A stretch of 64,000 nt of DNA, taken from Mobula hypostoma (Eukaryota). Each line of letters starts with the position of its first letter. Position 1 is the first letter of the stretch. The translations under genes were made by a program, and so were the position numbers. This document shows, one piece after another, positions 1 through 11,244 of this stretch. The DNA is taken from positions 96,970,001 through 97,034,000 of the forward strand of contig NC_086108.1 of the NCBI RefSeq assembly GCF_963921235.1. The letters are read 5' to 3'. Under the pieces are notes generated by a model, which saw only the letters and a list, made by a program, of their open reading frames with translations, had not been told where the DNA came from and ran no database searches.

Positions 1-1334
1 CCTTACTTTTATCCAGCGTCTGCTTCATTTAAACTTAATCAACTCTATCAATGAACTGGAATGGGGAAACATCCCTGTGGTAGAGTGTTGTTCTTTTGTT
101 AGATAATTCTTGCTCTCTTTCCCAATCTGTTAGCATTAAACCTAAAATCACACTATGATGAACTATTTCAATCAATATGGTAATCAAAGTTAGTCTGGGA
201 TATCTGCAGGCAGTGCTTTCAGAAGTGAGAAGGAGGAACTGTCAAGATTGTAACATCATATTGCAGTGTCTTGTGAGCCTGTTTCCCTCTGCTTTCCTGT
301 ATCAGTGACATTGAATATCACTCATAGCGGAAAATGATGCATCTTTTCAGGGACGGCTCATATGTCATATCTGGAGAGTAAAGCCAACTGATTGGGTGTA
401 TGAATTATCTGGGTAGTTGCAGTGAGTTATTTGCACTGTTTCATACCAGTCAACAAGTTTCCAAGGTATCATTCAGATCCATCAAAAATGACAGGGTGCA
501 TGTGAAGCTTTTACTGTGCAAATCTGGACCTCTTGTCCTTGCCTTGTTGGCTCTTACATCTGTACATCACATTTATACTGCTACCAGAAGAGCAATTTCA
601 AAAATATTTGCAAGGAAAATGTATTCTTCCATCTGTTCTCAGGATCATAAATGTGCCATCTTTGGAGTCTTACCAATCTTAATAATATCTTTAATGGTCA
701 ACGTGCATGTGATATACAGCACTCTATAAAATAGAGGTTTCACATCGTTCATTGTACTGCAGTTTATTAGTGTTCTTGGCTTTTCCATATGTTACAAGAG
801 CAATGGAGGGTATATTGATGCAAATTTTGTTATAAATAGTGAAGGAAGCTAAATTATATGGGCCTTGCAAGCAATAAAGAAAGATTTTTTAATATAGCCT
901 CTCACAATTTGACAGTTTCACAACTGCATGATGTTCTATCTACTTGCTATTCAGTCGGCTTCAAGAGGAACCGAAATATGTATACAAAACAACAATGCGA
1001 ATATATTCTAAAGAACGAAATAATGTGCTTAGAATTAAAGGCACTGTATGTTACATGTACAGATTACTAAATTAGTGCTAATACAGCCTTAAGAGTTAAT
1101 TTAATTGTTTGAGGAGACAATAATGTTCCACCTTTTTTAAAATATTATGAAATGACTTATCACTTGGAGTGTAAGACATTTAGAGAGAAATATAAGTCAG
1201 CTCTGTTGCTGCAAAGCATTTTTTTTGGCTTTACAATGGTAAAATATGCAGCTTATTGAAACTGGATGAGCAACGGAAGCCATTTTAAGGAGTTCGTGTT
1301 AAAATGAAAATTTGATTTGCATTCAATATGGGGT

Positions 1335-1575
1335 TAGCATGGTAGGTAGCGCTTAGTGCTAGCGACCTGGGTTCAATTCCCACTGCTGTCTGTAAGGGGT
1401 TTGTACAGTGTATTCTCCCTGTGACTGTGTTGCTTTCCTCAGGTTGTTCTGGTTTCCTCCCACATCCCAAAGATGTACAGGTTAGTAAGTTAATTGGTCA
1501 CATGGGTGTAACTGGGCAGCACGGGATCGTTGGGCCAGAAGGTCCTGTTACCGTGCGGCATCTCTAAATAAGGTA
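1335..1575 (+). mobile_element. V-SINE (HE1-like) tRNA-derived SINE with CR1-type tail
   Basis: B-box GGTTCAATTCC, V-domain-like TTTCCTC...GGTTTCCTCCCACATCCCAAAG, 3' tail GGTCCTGTTACCGTGCGGCATCTCTAAATAA; many related copies in the window. Confidence 0.8.
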
Positions 1576-3954
1576 AATAAAAACAAGCCGATCAAAGGTT
1601 ATCAGAACTTTTGTAAACTTATTCTTAATATCTCTGTAACATTATCAGACAGCAAGAGTATTGCCAGTTTTTTATTAATATCATATTTAGAAATTGGATT
1701 GTCAATGAGCAGTGCTTTGCCCTTGTGTGTGGTGAGATTGAGCATTGCTTGAAGAGAAGGGGCCAGTTTACTTTAATGACAGGCATTTCTGGCCTATTCC
1801 AAGCAGATACAGACTTAAACCGCTGCCTGCAGCGCAACCATTTAGTTTCTTTCACCTTATGTATTGGTAAAGAATGCTTGTCCTTTTGTATTATTAACCC
1901 TTTAACATCTTCTCCATATTAAGTTAAATTCAGCTTCAGTGTAATCAATTTAGCGAGGAATGTCACATTCTTTACCCGTTTCTAGTACTTGTGATCGAGT
2001 AGCAGGCTGTGGGAAAACAGATCTATCTAAGCATAAAACATCTAATTTTAATTTCATTTTAGCAAAACAACAGTGACTGCACTTGAAAAATAATTAGTTG
2101 GTTGTCAAGTGCTCTGGAATGCCGAAGGTCATGAAAGATGCTAACCAAATGCAGAATCTTTCTTTTCTCATCGTACATATGCCAAACCGCTCAGAATGTT
2201 CGATGGCGAAAGGAGAATGAGAGCTGATACAGGAAACAAACATAATAGTTGTTGGTTATTGTGTCTAAGCGCTCTCTTGTTTCAAGTTGCAAGACAAAAT
2301 CATCTCCAAGGTTGTAAGTGAGGTAAATCTAGAGCCAGTAAAAACAAAAGAGGGAGGACTCTTAGAGGCTTTATTTGCTTGAGTTATGTGGAGGGAACTC
2401 AAAAGATTATGAATCGATCCTTCCAGTTCTGAGTGGTCAGGGTTACAGGTCCGAGTGGAGGTTAAGCAAACTTCTGCACCTGAGCTGGCCGTCCTTCGTA
2501 GTGGGTAGACCAGTAGAAGAATACCTACCTGGAGGCAGAAATGAACCGACAGACTTTGGCCATCAGCCAGTGCTGTGTTCCCTGTGGTTGGAAGTTATCC
2601 AGCCTGAACCTAAATAAGAGCTGATGAAACTCATCAGTATATATTAGGCAGGCTGGAGTAGTCTTTTCCACTGGGACTTGAAGGTACCAGCAGAGAGATG
2701 TAACAAAACTACCCCCCTCTCATCCCCATTACTGTGTCAATAAATATCTATGCCTCAGTAATGCTTTGCCTGTTTGCAGATTGCCATTAATGAAAGTTAA
2801 CCCTTATTTTAATGTGGTTTTAACTCTGAAATAATGAAGTGGTCTCTGTTGGCTATGCTCTTGTCTTGAGTAATAATCAAGCTTTTAAGATGGGATTTGG
2901 TACTGATGCCTGTGCAGAATGAGGGTGGCGATTTATGAGATATTTTACTGCAAAATAAAGGGAAATAAGCTGGGAAAGTGTTGGACGATATTCCTGTGGT
3001 ATAAATGCTCTTCCAGGACTCATTCCTGTCTCCCACACCAGTGAACTGACCTCTCATTTGCACTTTATTATCTTTAAACATTAATGTAAATATACAGTTA
3101 TATTAACATGATTTTAATTATTTAAGTAAATTCACGACACATTTTGTTAGCAAAATATTGTTAGCTTTCATGATATCTCCACCATTTTTATTGTAACAAA
3201 TGTATTACAAGAGCTAAATAATTCCACGTCAACAGCGAATAAATTAGGTCTCTGCTTCCCCTGGCTGTGAGTAGTGCTGGAGAATTGAACAATAACCAGG
3301 AGAAAGGGCCAGAATCTGGTTTAAATGCGCTGATTATGCCGTCAAATTTGTTGTTTATGGCAGCAGCACAGTGAAATACATGAAAATATAAAATTATAAT
3401 AAGATTTATTTTTATATACATACTGTTTATAAATTAAATGAAATAAGTACTGCAAAAAGTGAGCAATAATTGTGAGATAGTGCTCGTGGGTTCATTGACC
3501 ATTCAGAGATCTGATGGCGGAGGGGAAGGAGCTGCTCCTGAAAAGCTGACTGTGTGTATTCATGTTCCTGTACCTCCTCGTTGTAGAAATGAGGTCCTGG
3601 GCAATGGGGTCCTTAATGATTGTTGCTGCCTTTTTGGAGGATGAGCCTGTGTGATTATCTCCATCCTCCAGGATAGGAGAGTCCAGTACATGAGTGAATA
3701 AGGCAAGACTGACACTTCTGGAAATTATGGCCTGCATTCATGCAATAATCTTGTACGGTTTTTTTCTTCAATCACAGAGTGGTACCCACCAACAATGGAG
3801 CATAGTCCTCAGCCAATGATGTACTGAAAGAATTGAATATGCTGGATACAGGGCAGGCTATGGGCCCCATAACATTTCTGAGGTGTTGAAGTTGTGTTAC
3901 AGAATTGGATGTACTGCCACTCAGTGTGTTCCAGGTATAAAACCATAAGGCCTA

Positions 3955-4260
3955 TCTGCAGAATTAGGCCATTCAGCCCATCAAGTCTGCTCCACTATTC
4001 CATCATGGCTGATTTATTATCCCTCTCAACCCCATTCTCTGCCTTCTCCCCCATAACCTTTGACACCCTTACTAATCAAGAACCTATCGACCTCTGCTTC
4101 AAATATGCCTAATAACTTGGCATCCACAGCCATCTATGGCAATGAATTTCATAGATTCACCAGCCTCTGGCTAATGAAATTCCTCTTCATCACTGTTCTA
4201 AAGAGATGTCCTTCTATTCCAAGGCTGTGCCCTCTGGTCCTTGACTCTCCCACGAATGGA
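3955..4260 (-). mobile_element. CR1 LINE 3' fragment
   Basis: Minus ORF ...GESRTRGHSLGIEGHLFRTVMKRNFISQRLVNL matches the CR1 ORF2 C-terminus of the 26222 ORF; CR1 3' UTR follows. Confidence 0.85.
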
Positions 4261-5439
4261 AACTTTGACTTCCCATATTGACAAAATGGAAAGTCACTTT
4301 GATTTGCCCTGCCTACAAAAAGGAAAGTCATATCCATTCTGACCAATCACACCTTTATCAGCTTGTTCCCAATATCCAAAGAGTGATGGGTAGAACATAG
4401 AACAGTACAGCATAGTGCAGGCCCTCCAGCCCACAATGTTGTGCGAATCTTTTAACCCACTCTAAGATCAACCCCCTAAATAGCCCTACACTTTTCTATC
4501 ATCTAGCTGCCGATCTAAGATTTTCTTAAATGTCTCTAATCTATCTGTTTGTGCCACCACCCTGGCAGGGTATTCCACACACCCACCACTCTGTGTGCAG
4601 AAAAACTTACGTCTGCTATTCCCCCCACCTATATTTTCTTCCAATCACTGTAAAATTATACCCCACCAGCATAGTTTCAGGATCAATGAAAGTGCTGTCA
4701 GGTGATGCTAACTCACCAGCAGCTGGTTGGCCAGTGCCCAGATGTGATACACTCAAAAGCATTAGACTCCAGCCTCAATGCAGCATGAGTCCACTTTGTG
4801 TTTCAGCAGTGAGTTGACAGTGACTAACCTTAACACCAAGTTTACTATGGAGCCCCAGTAACGTTGAAGTCGAAGGGTATTAGTGGAAGAACTCTCAGGT
4901 GGCTGGAATCACCAGCAGCACAAAAGGTGATGACTGTAGATATTGGAGATCAACCATCTCAGCCCCAGGAAATTACTGGGCAGTGTCTAGACTGAAACCC
5001 TTTCGGCTGATTCATCAGTGTGTTTCCCTCCAGTACAGCCAGACATGGTGTTGCTTGCTGCTGGTTGCAAAATGCTCCATCCCATTCCCAATTTCTCAGT
5101 AGCTCATGCCGGCACCTAGCAGTTCCTAGGCAACGGGCTTCCACAGATAGATGGCAGGCAATGTTCATGCCGTAGTCATGCTAGAGAATAGCCACTTTCA
5201 CTACGCTGTCTCACACTTCCTTTTACTGATCAACAGCATCCCGTCATCCCGTCCTCATCGGCATCATTATCCACAATCTGCTGTGTTAATGCTATGGCTT
5301 TAAGGACAAGATACACTCTTGTTCTGTGCTGGGTGACTTTCTGACTTTCCATAGCCACACCCCTGTCACGGCACTGTAAACACTTTAAAACTTGTTTTTA
5401 TTATGCTGTTTACATTGTAAGTACATAAACGTGGAAAAA

Positions 5440-5780
5440 GTCTGAAGATGCTGGAAACCAAAAGAAACGTACATAAAATGCTGCTTCTCAACAGGTCAGG
5501 CAGCATCTATGGAAAAGAATAAACAGTCGATGTTTCAGGACCGAGAAGGAAGGGAGGAGATGCCAGAATAAAAAGGTGGGGGGGGGGGAGGGAAAAAGGC
5601 TAGCTGGATGGTGAAAGGTGAAGCCAAGTGGGTGGCAAAGGTCAAAGGCCGGAGAAGAAAGAGCCTGATAGGAGAGGAGAGTGGACGATAGGAGAAAGGG
5701 AAGGAGGTGGTGACTCGGGGAAGTGCTAGACAGGTGAGAAGAAGCAAAAGGTCAGAGTGGGAAATATGAGGGGGGGCATA
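5440..5780 (-). mobile_element. Penelope-like terminal repeat fragment with the hammerhead stem II deleted
   Basis: GATGCTGGAAA...CAGGTCAGGCAGCATCTATGGAAAAGAATAAACAGTCGATGTTTCAGGAC, then a purine-rich tract as in the PLE copies at 16.2-16.6 kb and 32.4-32.8 kb. Confidence 0.75.
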
Positions 5781-6414
5781 AATACATTAATACTATAATT
5801 GTAAATACCTGCTGGTACTAATGCATTTTTGCACATTTTATTCCATATCCAGATTTTAACTGCCATCTTTATTTTTATATCCATCATTCTTTATTCTTTA
5901 TAATGTTGAGTGTTGTTGTGTTTTGTTGCGTGCCACACCCTGGCCAACACACCACAGTAAGTTGCTAATACATGTAAATGTATATGGGGGTAAGTCTGAT
6001 CCCTGATCGCTTTTCTTCCTGATACAGACCGGGAATATCATGGAATATTTTCCATTTACCCGGATAATCTTACACCAATCGTGAACATGACCATTTTCCA
6101 TTTACCTGGATTCCATTTACACAAGTTAAGAATGTGATGGACAGCTTTCCACCTACCTGGAAGAGGGCAGTTCCATGAAAATTTCAGAAGTAAGTCTAGG
6201 ACAAAGCAAGCCACTTGAGTGATTTGTTAAAAATTAAGCCTTTGCTCATGGACCCTCAGCAATGTGTGCCACAGAATGCCATTTACTTGTTGACGCCTTA
6301 TGGCTGGGAATTGCTAAGTGCTGGCGTGAGCTACTTTGTTATCTGACGCCATGTGCTTGTGACAGTGCCGCAAGTAAGTTTTCCATTGCACCTGTGCATC
6401 CATGGAGTCAGCGA

Positions 6415-6860
6415 GTCATAGAACACCATAGCACAGAAACAGGCCCTTTAGTCCATCTAGTCTTTGCCAAACTATTAATCTGCATAGTCCCATTGACCTG
6501 CATTTGGACCATAGCCATATCCCTGCCATTCATGTACCTATCCAAATTTCCCTTCAACACTGACATTGGACCCACATCCACCACTTCTGCTGGACTCATT
6601 CCACACTGTCACCACCCTCTGAGTGAAGAAGTTCCCCCTTTTTACCTTTAACTCATGACCTCTAGTTCTCGTCTCAATCAACCTGTGGAAAAAGCCTACT
6701 TGCATTTACCCTATCTATAGCCCTCATAATTTTGTATTCCTCTGTCAAATCTCCTCTGCCTCAGGCAAAGAAGTCCTAACCAATTGAACCTTTCCCTATA
6801 ACTCATGTCCTCAAGTCCTGGCAACATCCTTGTAAATTTTCTCTACACTCTTTCACATTG
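6415..6860 (-). mobile_element. CR1 LINE 3' fragment
   Basis: Reverse-complement similarity to the CR1 3' ends at 31.4-31.8 kb and 43.0-43.4 kb. Confidence 0.75.
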
Positions 6861-7724
6861 ATATTGTATTGATATCATATGTACTTGTGCCTAGATCATG
6901 CCTGATCATTAATATTACTTAACCTATCTTGCCATAGTTCTGTTAACCTTCGTGTCTTTGTCTAATATTAGCTTATCAATGGTAAAACGTCATTATAGCT
7001 GACAGACAGAAATGATGGGAAATGATGAGGTGACAACTTTAGTGGCAGCTATTTAAAAATATTGTTATTGTACTTTGTACAGAAAAGTGTGAGTGAAAAC
7101 TTTGGCAACAAGATTGAAAGTCTGTGGGAAATCTGCACCACTTGCAAGACTTCTATCAGGATACAAAAAATATGGAATACATCAGGAATCTTAATGTAGC
7201 AGACTTTTCCATGAGGGCTAAAAGAGGAAGTGAGTCACAAGGGCTTGTGAATTTTCCCCCCACCGTCAGGTCTCCAGGGTCGGAGGTTCATTTGAGTCCA
7301 GAAGTAGAGGTCCAAAGGTCAAACCCAGCGAAGCTTGGAGGCAAAGCCGAAGGTTGAAGACGGAAGGTGGAAGCCCAAAGGAGCCACGAGGATCTGGGTC
7401 ACGGGTCAGAGCTCTGTGAGAATCCAGAAATCGAAGCCCAAAGGTCAAACGCGTGGTTGTTGTCCGAGGGTGAATTCCAAAGTCGGAGGCCCAATGTCTG
7501 TGAGTCTGAGGATCTGGGGACAAGGACTGGAGGCCCGTCTGGGTCTGTGAGTGGTGGGTGGCTGGAAGGATGGGACGGACAGGAAAGAGGCTTCTTTTGC
7601 TGTTATTGTCTCCTTTTATTTTTCTAGAATCAGGTTTAATATCACTAGCATATGCCGTGAAATTTGTTGCCTTGCAGCAACAGTACAGTACAATACACTG
7701 AATATTGCAATACTACTAAACCGG

Positions 7725-8010
7725 TGGTACCGTAGCGTAGTGGTTAGCACAACGCTTTACAATACGGACAACCTGGGTTCAATTCCCATCGCTGCCTGGA
7801 AGGATTTTATACGTTCTCCCTGTGACTGCGTTGGTTTTCTCCGGGTGCTCTGGTCTCTTCCCACAGTCCAAAGACATACAGGTAGGTAGGTTAAATGTCA
7901 TTGTAAATCGTCCTGTGATTCGGCTAGGGTTAACTTGGGAGATTGCTGGGCGGCGTGGCTCTAAGGGATGGAAGGACCTACTCTGCTCTATATCTCAATG
8001 AAATAAAAAT
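7725..8010 (+). mobile_element. V-SINE (HE1-like)
   Basis: A-box TAGCGTAGTGG, B-box GGTTCAATTCC, V-domain GGTTTTCTCCGGGTGCTCTGG, A-rich tail. Confidence 0.85.
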
Positions 8011-8067
8011 TAAAAATAAAACAATAAATTATATATATGTATTAATTAAGTAGTGCAAAAAGAGTGT

Positions 8068-8370
8068 TGGTGCATGGCCAAGTGGTTAAGGTGTTCGGCT
8101 AGTGATCTGAAGGTCACTAGTTCGAGCCTTGGCTGAGGCAGCGTGTTGTGTCCTTGAGCAAGGCACTTAACCACACATTGCTCTGCGATGACACCGGTGC
8201 CGAGCTGTATGGGTCCTAATGCCCTTCCCTTGGACAACATTGGTGTCATGGAGAGGGGAGACTTGCAGCATGGGCAATTGCTGGTCTTCCATACAACCTT
8301 GCCCAGGCCTGTGCCCTGGAAACCTTCCAAGGCGCAAATCCATGGTCTCATGAGACTAATGGATGCCTAC
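8068..8370 (+). mobile_element. tRNA-derived SINE (second family), inserted in a Rex1-type remnant
   Basis: A-box TGGCCAAGTGG, B-box GTTCGAGCC, conserved box GTGTCCTTGAGCAAGGCACTTAACC; close paralog at 45233-45542. Confidence 0.85.
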
Positions 8371-9619
8371 AGTGCAAAAAAGAGAGGGGAAAATAGTGGG
8401 GCGAGGGAGAAATCTGATGGCAGAGGGGAAGAAGCTGTTGGGAAACATTGAGTGTGTTCCTTCAGGTTCCTATACCACCACCTTGATGGCTTGATGGCAG
8501 AACTAGAAGCTGGAAAGTCCTGGGTGGTGGGGGTCCTTAATGATGGATGTCGCCTTTTTGAGGCATCGATTTTTGAAGGTGTTCTAGATGCTGGCGAGGC
8601 CCAAGATGCAGCTGGCCGAGTTTACAGCTTTCTGCAGCTTTTTCCGATGCTGTGCAGTGTGCAGTTTCTGTTGTTACTTGTGTTTTTCTAAGGAACGCTG
8701 TGCATGCTTTGTTAGCACCGGAGTGTGTGGTGTTACTTGCGAACTGCCCCCAAAACATTCTCGGGGGTGCTGGTTATTAACGTATGTGATGCCTTTTGCT
8801 GAATATTTTGATATATATATGATAAATAAACCTGAATATGAATCCGAAGAAAATTGAATTAACTGCCGAAAAGCACCGAAGGTTATGAAAGGAGTATTCA
8901 CCTTTCACCTGTTTCAAGTTTTGATTTTGTTTTAAATGTGTTTCTAATATTCTACAGCCACTTTTTCTGAATATAATAGTCATATCAGCAGTCATACTTG
9001 GACAGGCTGTACAATTATAATTAAGCCTGATTTTGAAATTGTACTCGATAACATAAACAGGTTCTGTTGCTAGAACGATAATGAGCAAAGGTATTCTTTT
9101 GTGTGTGTTGTTTTTTTTTGGAGGTAATAACAGATGTGCCCTAGGTGTGATTGATTAATTAATGAGAATTAAGTCAGTTTATAAGATCAATGCAGTAATT
9201 TAAGCTGCAGACACGACTCAGGAATGGTAAGAGCAACCGCTGTCATCAAGGAAACAACAGATTCATTGAAGTGTCTGAGCACTGTGTTAAACAGGAAGGA
9301 ACATCAATAGAACCTGAACTGGACATGATCACAACTATTAGAGTTTGAGATGATGATAAGTAACAGTGTAAGTGTTCATAGACACAAGAGGTGTTCAGAT
9401 TCTGGCTGGACAATTTACAAATTGCAATGTTACACCTGTGTGTTATTTTTGCACAATTTGTCAAACTCTATTATTATTGTTCAGATGTTCTGAGAACGCT
9501 TGATTTAATTGTTCATTATAATACAAACACAATGCGAGAACAGGCCAATTAAGCCTACCTATGACATTCCATCAAGTCAGTCTTTTCACACAGGATCACA
9601 GAAATTTCCGTAAGTACAT

Positions 9620-9970
9620 GACAAAGGAGCAGAGTTAGGCCATTCAGCCCATCGAGTCTGCTCTGCCATTCAATCATGGCTAATTTATTATCTCTTTCAA
9701 CCCCATTCTCCTGCTTTCTCCCTTTGACACCCTTACTAATCAAGAACCTATTGACCTCCACTTTAAATATACCTAATGCCTTGGCCTCCACAGCTGTCTG
9801 AGGCAATGAATTCCACAGACTTCCCACCCTCTGGCTAGAGAAATTCCTCCTCATCTCTGTTCTAAAGGGACGTCCTAGTATTCTGAGGTTGTGCCCTGAG
9901 GTCAGAGAATATCTCAATTTAGGCAACATTCTCTCCATATCCACTTAATCTAGATCTTTCAATATTCAAC
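9620..9970 (-). mobile_element. CR1 LINE 3' fragment
   Basis: ORF 9555-9944: GHNLRILGRPFRTEMRRNFSSQRVGSLWNSLPQ. Confidence 0.85.
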
Positions 9971-10061
9971 ATCAGGACAATGGAAGCTATTCTGCTCACA
10001 ACTAGGCTGGTGGTACTTCCACCAGACTCACAAACCACATACGTAACTTTCTCCAAAACCA

Positions 10062-10729
10062 TTTTTTTTTTAGGTTATGAGGACACTCAGTTCTCGTTTT
10101 TTGTAATTTAGAAATGCATGCATTAAGAAATGATACAATGTTCCTCCAGAATGATATCACAAAAAAAAGGGACAAACCAAAGACTAACACTGACAAGACC
10201 ACATAATTATAACATATAGTTACAGCAGTGCAAAGCAATACCGTAATTTGATAAAGAGCAGACCATGGGCACGGTTAAAAAACAGTCTCAAAGTTCTAAT
10301 CGACTCCCGATAGTCCCGATAGCAGGCGACAAAAGGGAGAAACTCTCCTTGCCGTGAATCTCCAGGCGCCGACAACTGTGATGCATTGGAAGCACCTGAC
10401 CACAGCTGACTCTGAGTCTGTCCGAAAACTTCGAGCCTCCGACCAGCCCCTCCGATACAGCCTCCCGAGCACCATCCTTCTGCCGAGCACTTCGACCCTG
10501 CCCCGGCCGCTGAGCAACAAGCAAAGCCGAGGAATCGGGGCCTTCCCCTCCGGAGATTCTGGATCACACAGTAGCAAGCAGCAGCGAAGCAGGCATTTCA
10601 GAAGTTTCTCCAGATGTTCCTCCGTACTCTCACGTCTGTCTCCATCAAATCAGGATTGTGCATGGCACCCTACTTGTCAAATAACTGATACCATTCACTG
10701 GAGCGGCCGCTGCATCACGCCGCCATCTT
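10062..10729 (-). mobile_element. Non-autonomous retroelement of about 670 bp (5' AAGATGGCGGCG start, poly-A tail)
   Basis: T-run at 10062-10071, CGCCGCCATCTT at 10718-10729, and a close 5'-truncated copy at 57875-58387. Confidence 0.75.
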
Positions 10730-10919
10730 TTCCCCCATTTTCAATCTAGAACTGCCGAGACCTCACATCCTTCCTGTCACCAACCCCTTTATCTTGTTGA
10801 ATTGTGATCCTTGCTTTCTTGAATCGTTCAGCCAGAAAGTGTACTTTCCAATGTCAATGTCAGGCTACACATCTTTCTTTAATTCCCATGGAAAATGAAC
10901 CAGAATTCCAGAATACTTG

Positions 10920-11215
10920 GGTGGCGTGGTAGGTTTATAGTTCTTTGTAGTGCCAGCAATTTGGGTTCAATTCGTGCCTCCGTAAGGAGTTTGTACATTC
11001 TCCCTGTGACCACGTGGGTCAGCTCCAGGTACTCCAATTTCCACCCACATTCCGAATATGTACATGCTAGTAAGCTGTGGGCATGCTATGTTGGCATTGA
11101 AAGCGTGGCCACAATTGTGGGTTCCCTCCCCCCCCCCAGCACATCCTCTCACTGTGTTGGTCGTTAATACAAATGATGCATATCCCTATGTTCCAATGTG
11201 ACAAATATTTATCAG
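10920..11215 (+). mobile_element. V-SINE variant with an alternative 3' tail
   Basis: tRNA head and V-domain, then GGCATGCTATGTTGGC...GTGACAAATA tail. Confidence 0.7.
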
Positions 11216-11244
11216 TCTTCCTTGCTCAGCCTTTGCTGTTTGCT

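Noticed and set aside
7..141. Minus-strand exon-like segment (ttttag|...|gtaagg, 135 bp)
   Set aside because: Stops occur in all three frames
400..729. 109-aa plus-strand ORF
   Set aside because: No recognisable motif or splice support; the minus strand also has stops
3310..3380. HOX-like TTTATGG motif in an apparent conserved element
   Set aside because: It is part of the recurrent AGAATCAGGTTT... Rex1-type tail repeat
10220..10749. Several overlapping ORFs of 78-131 aa
   Set aside because: By-product of a GC-rich repeat; the frames are not kept in the 58-kb copy
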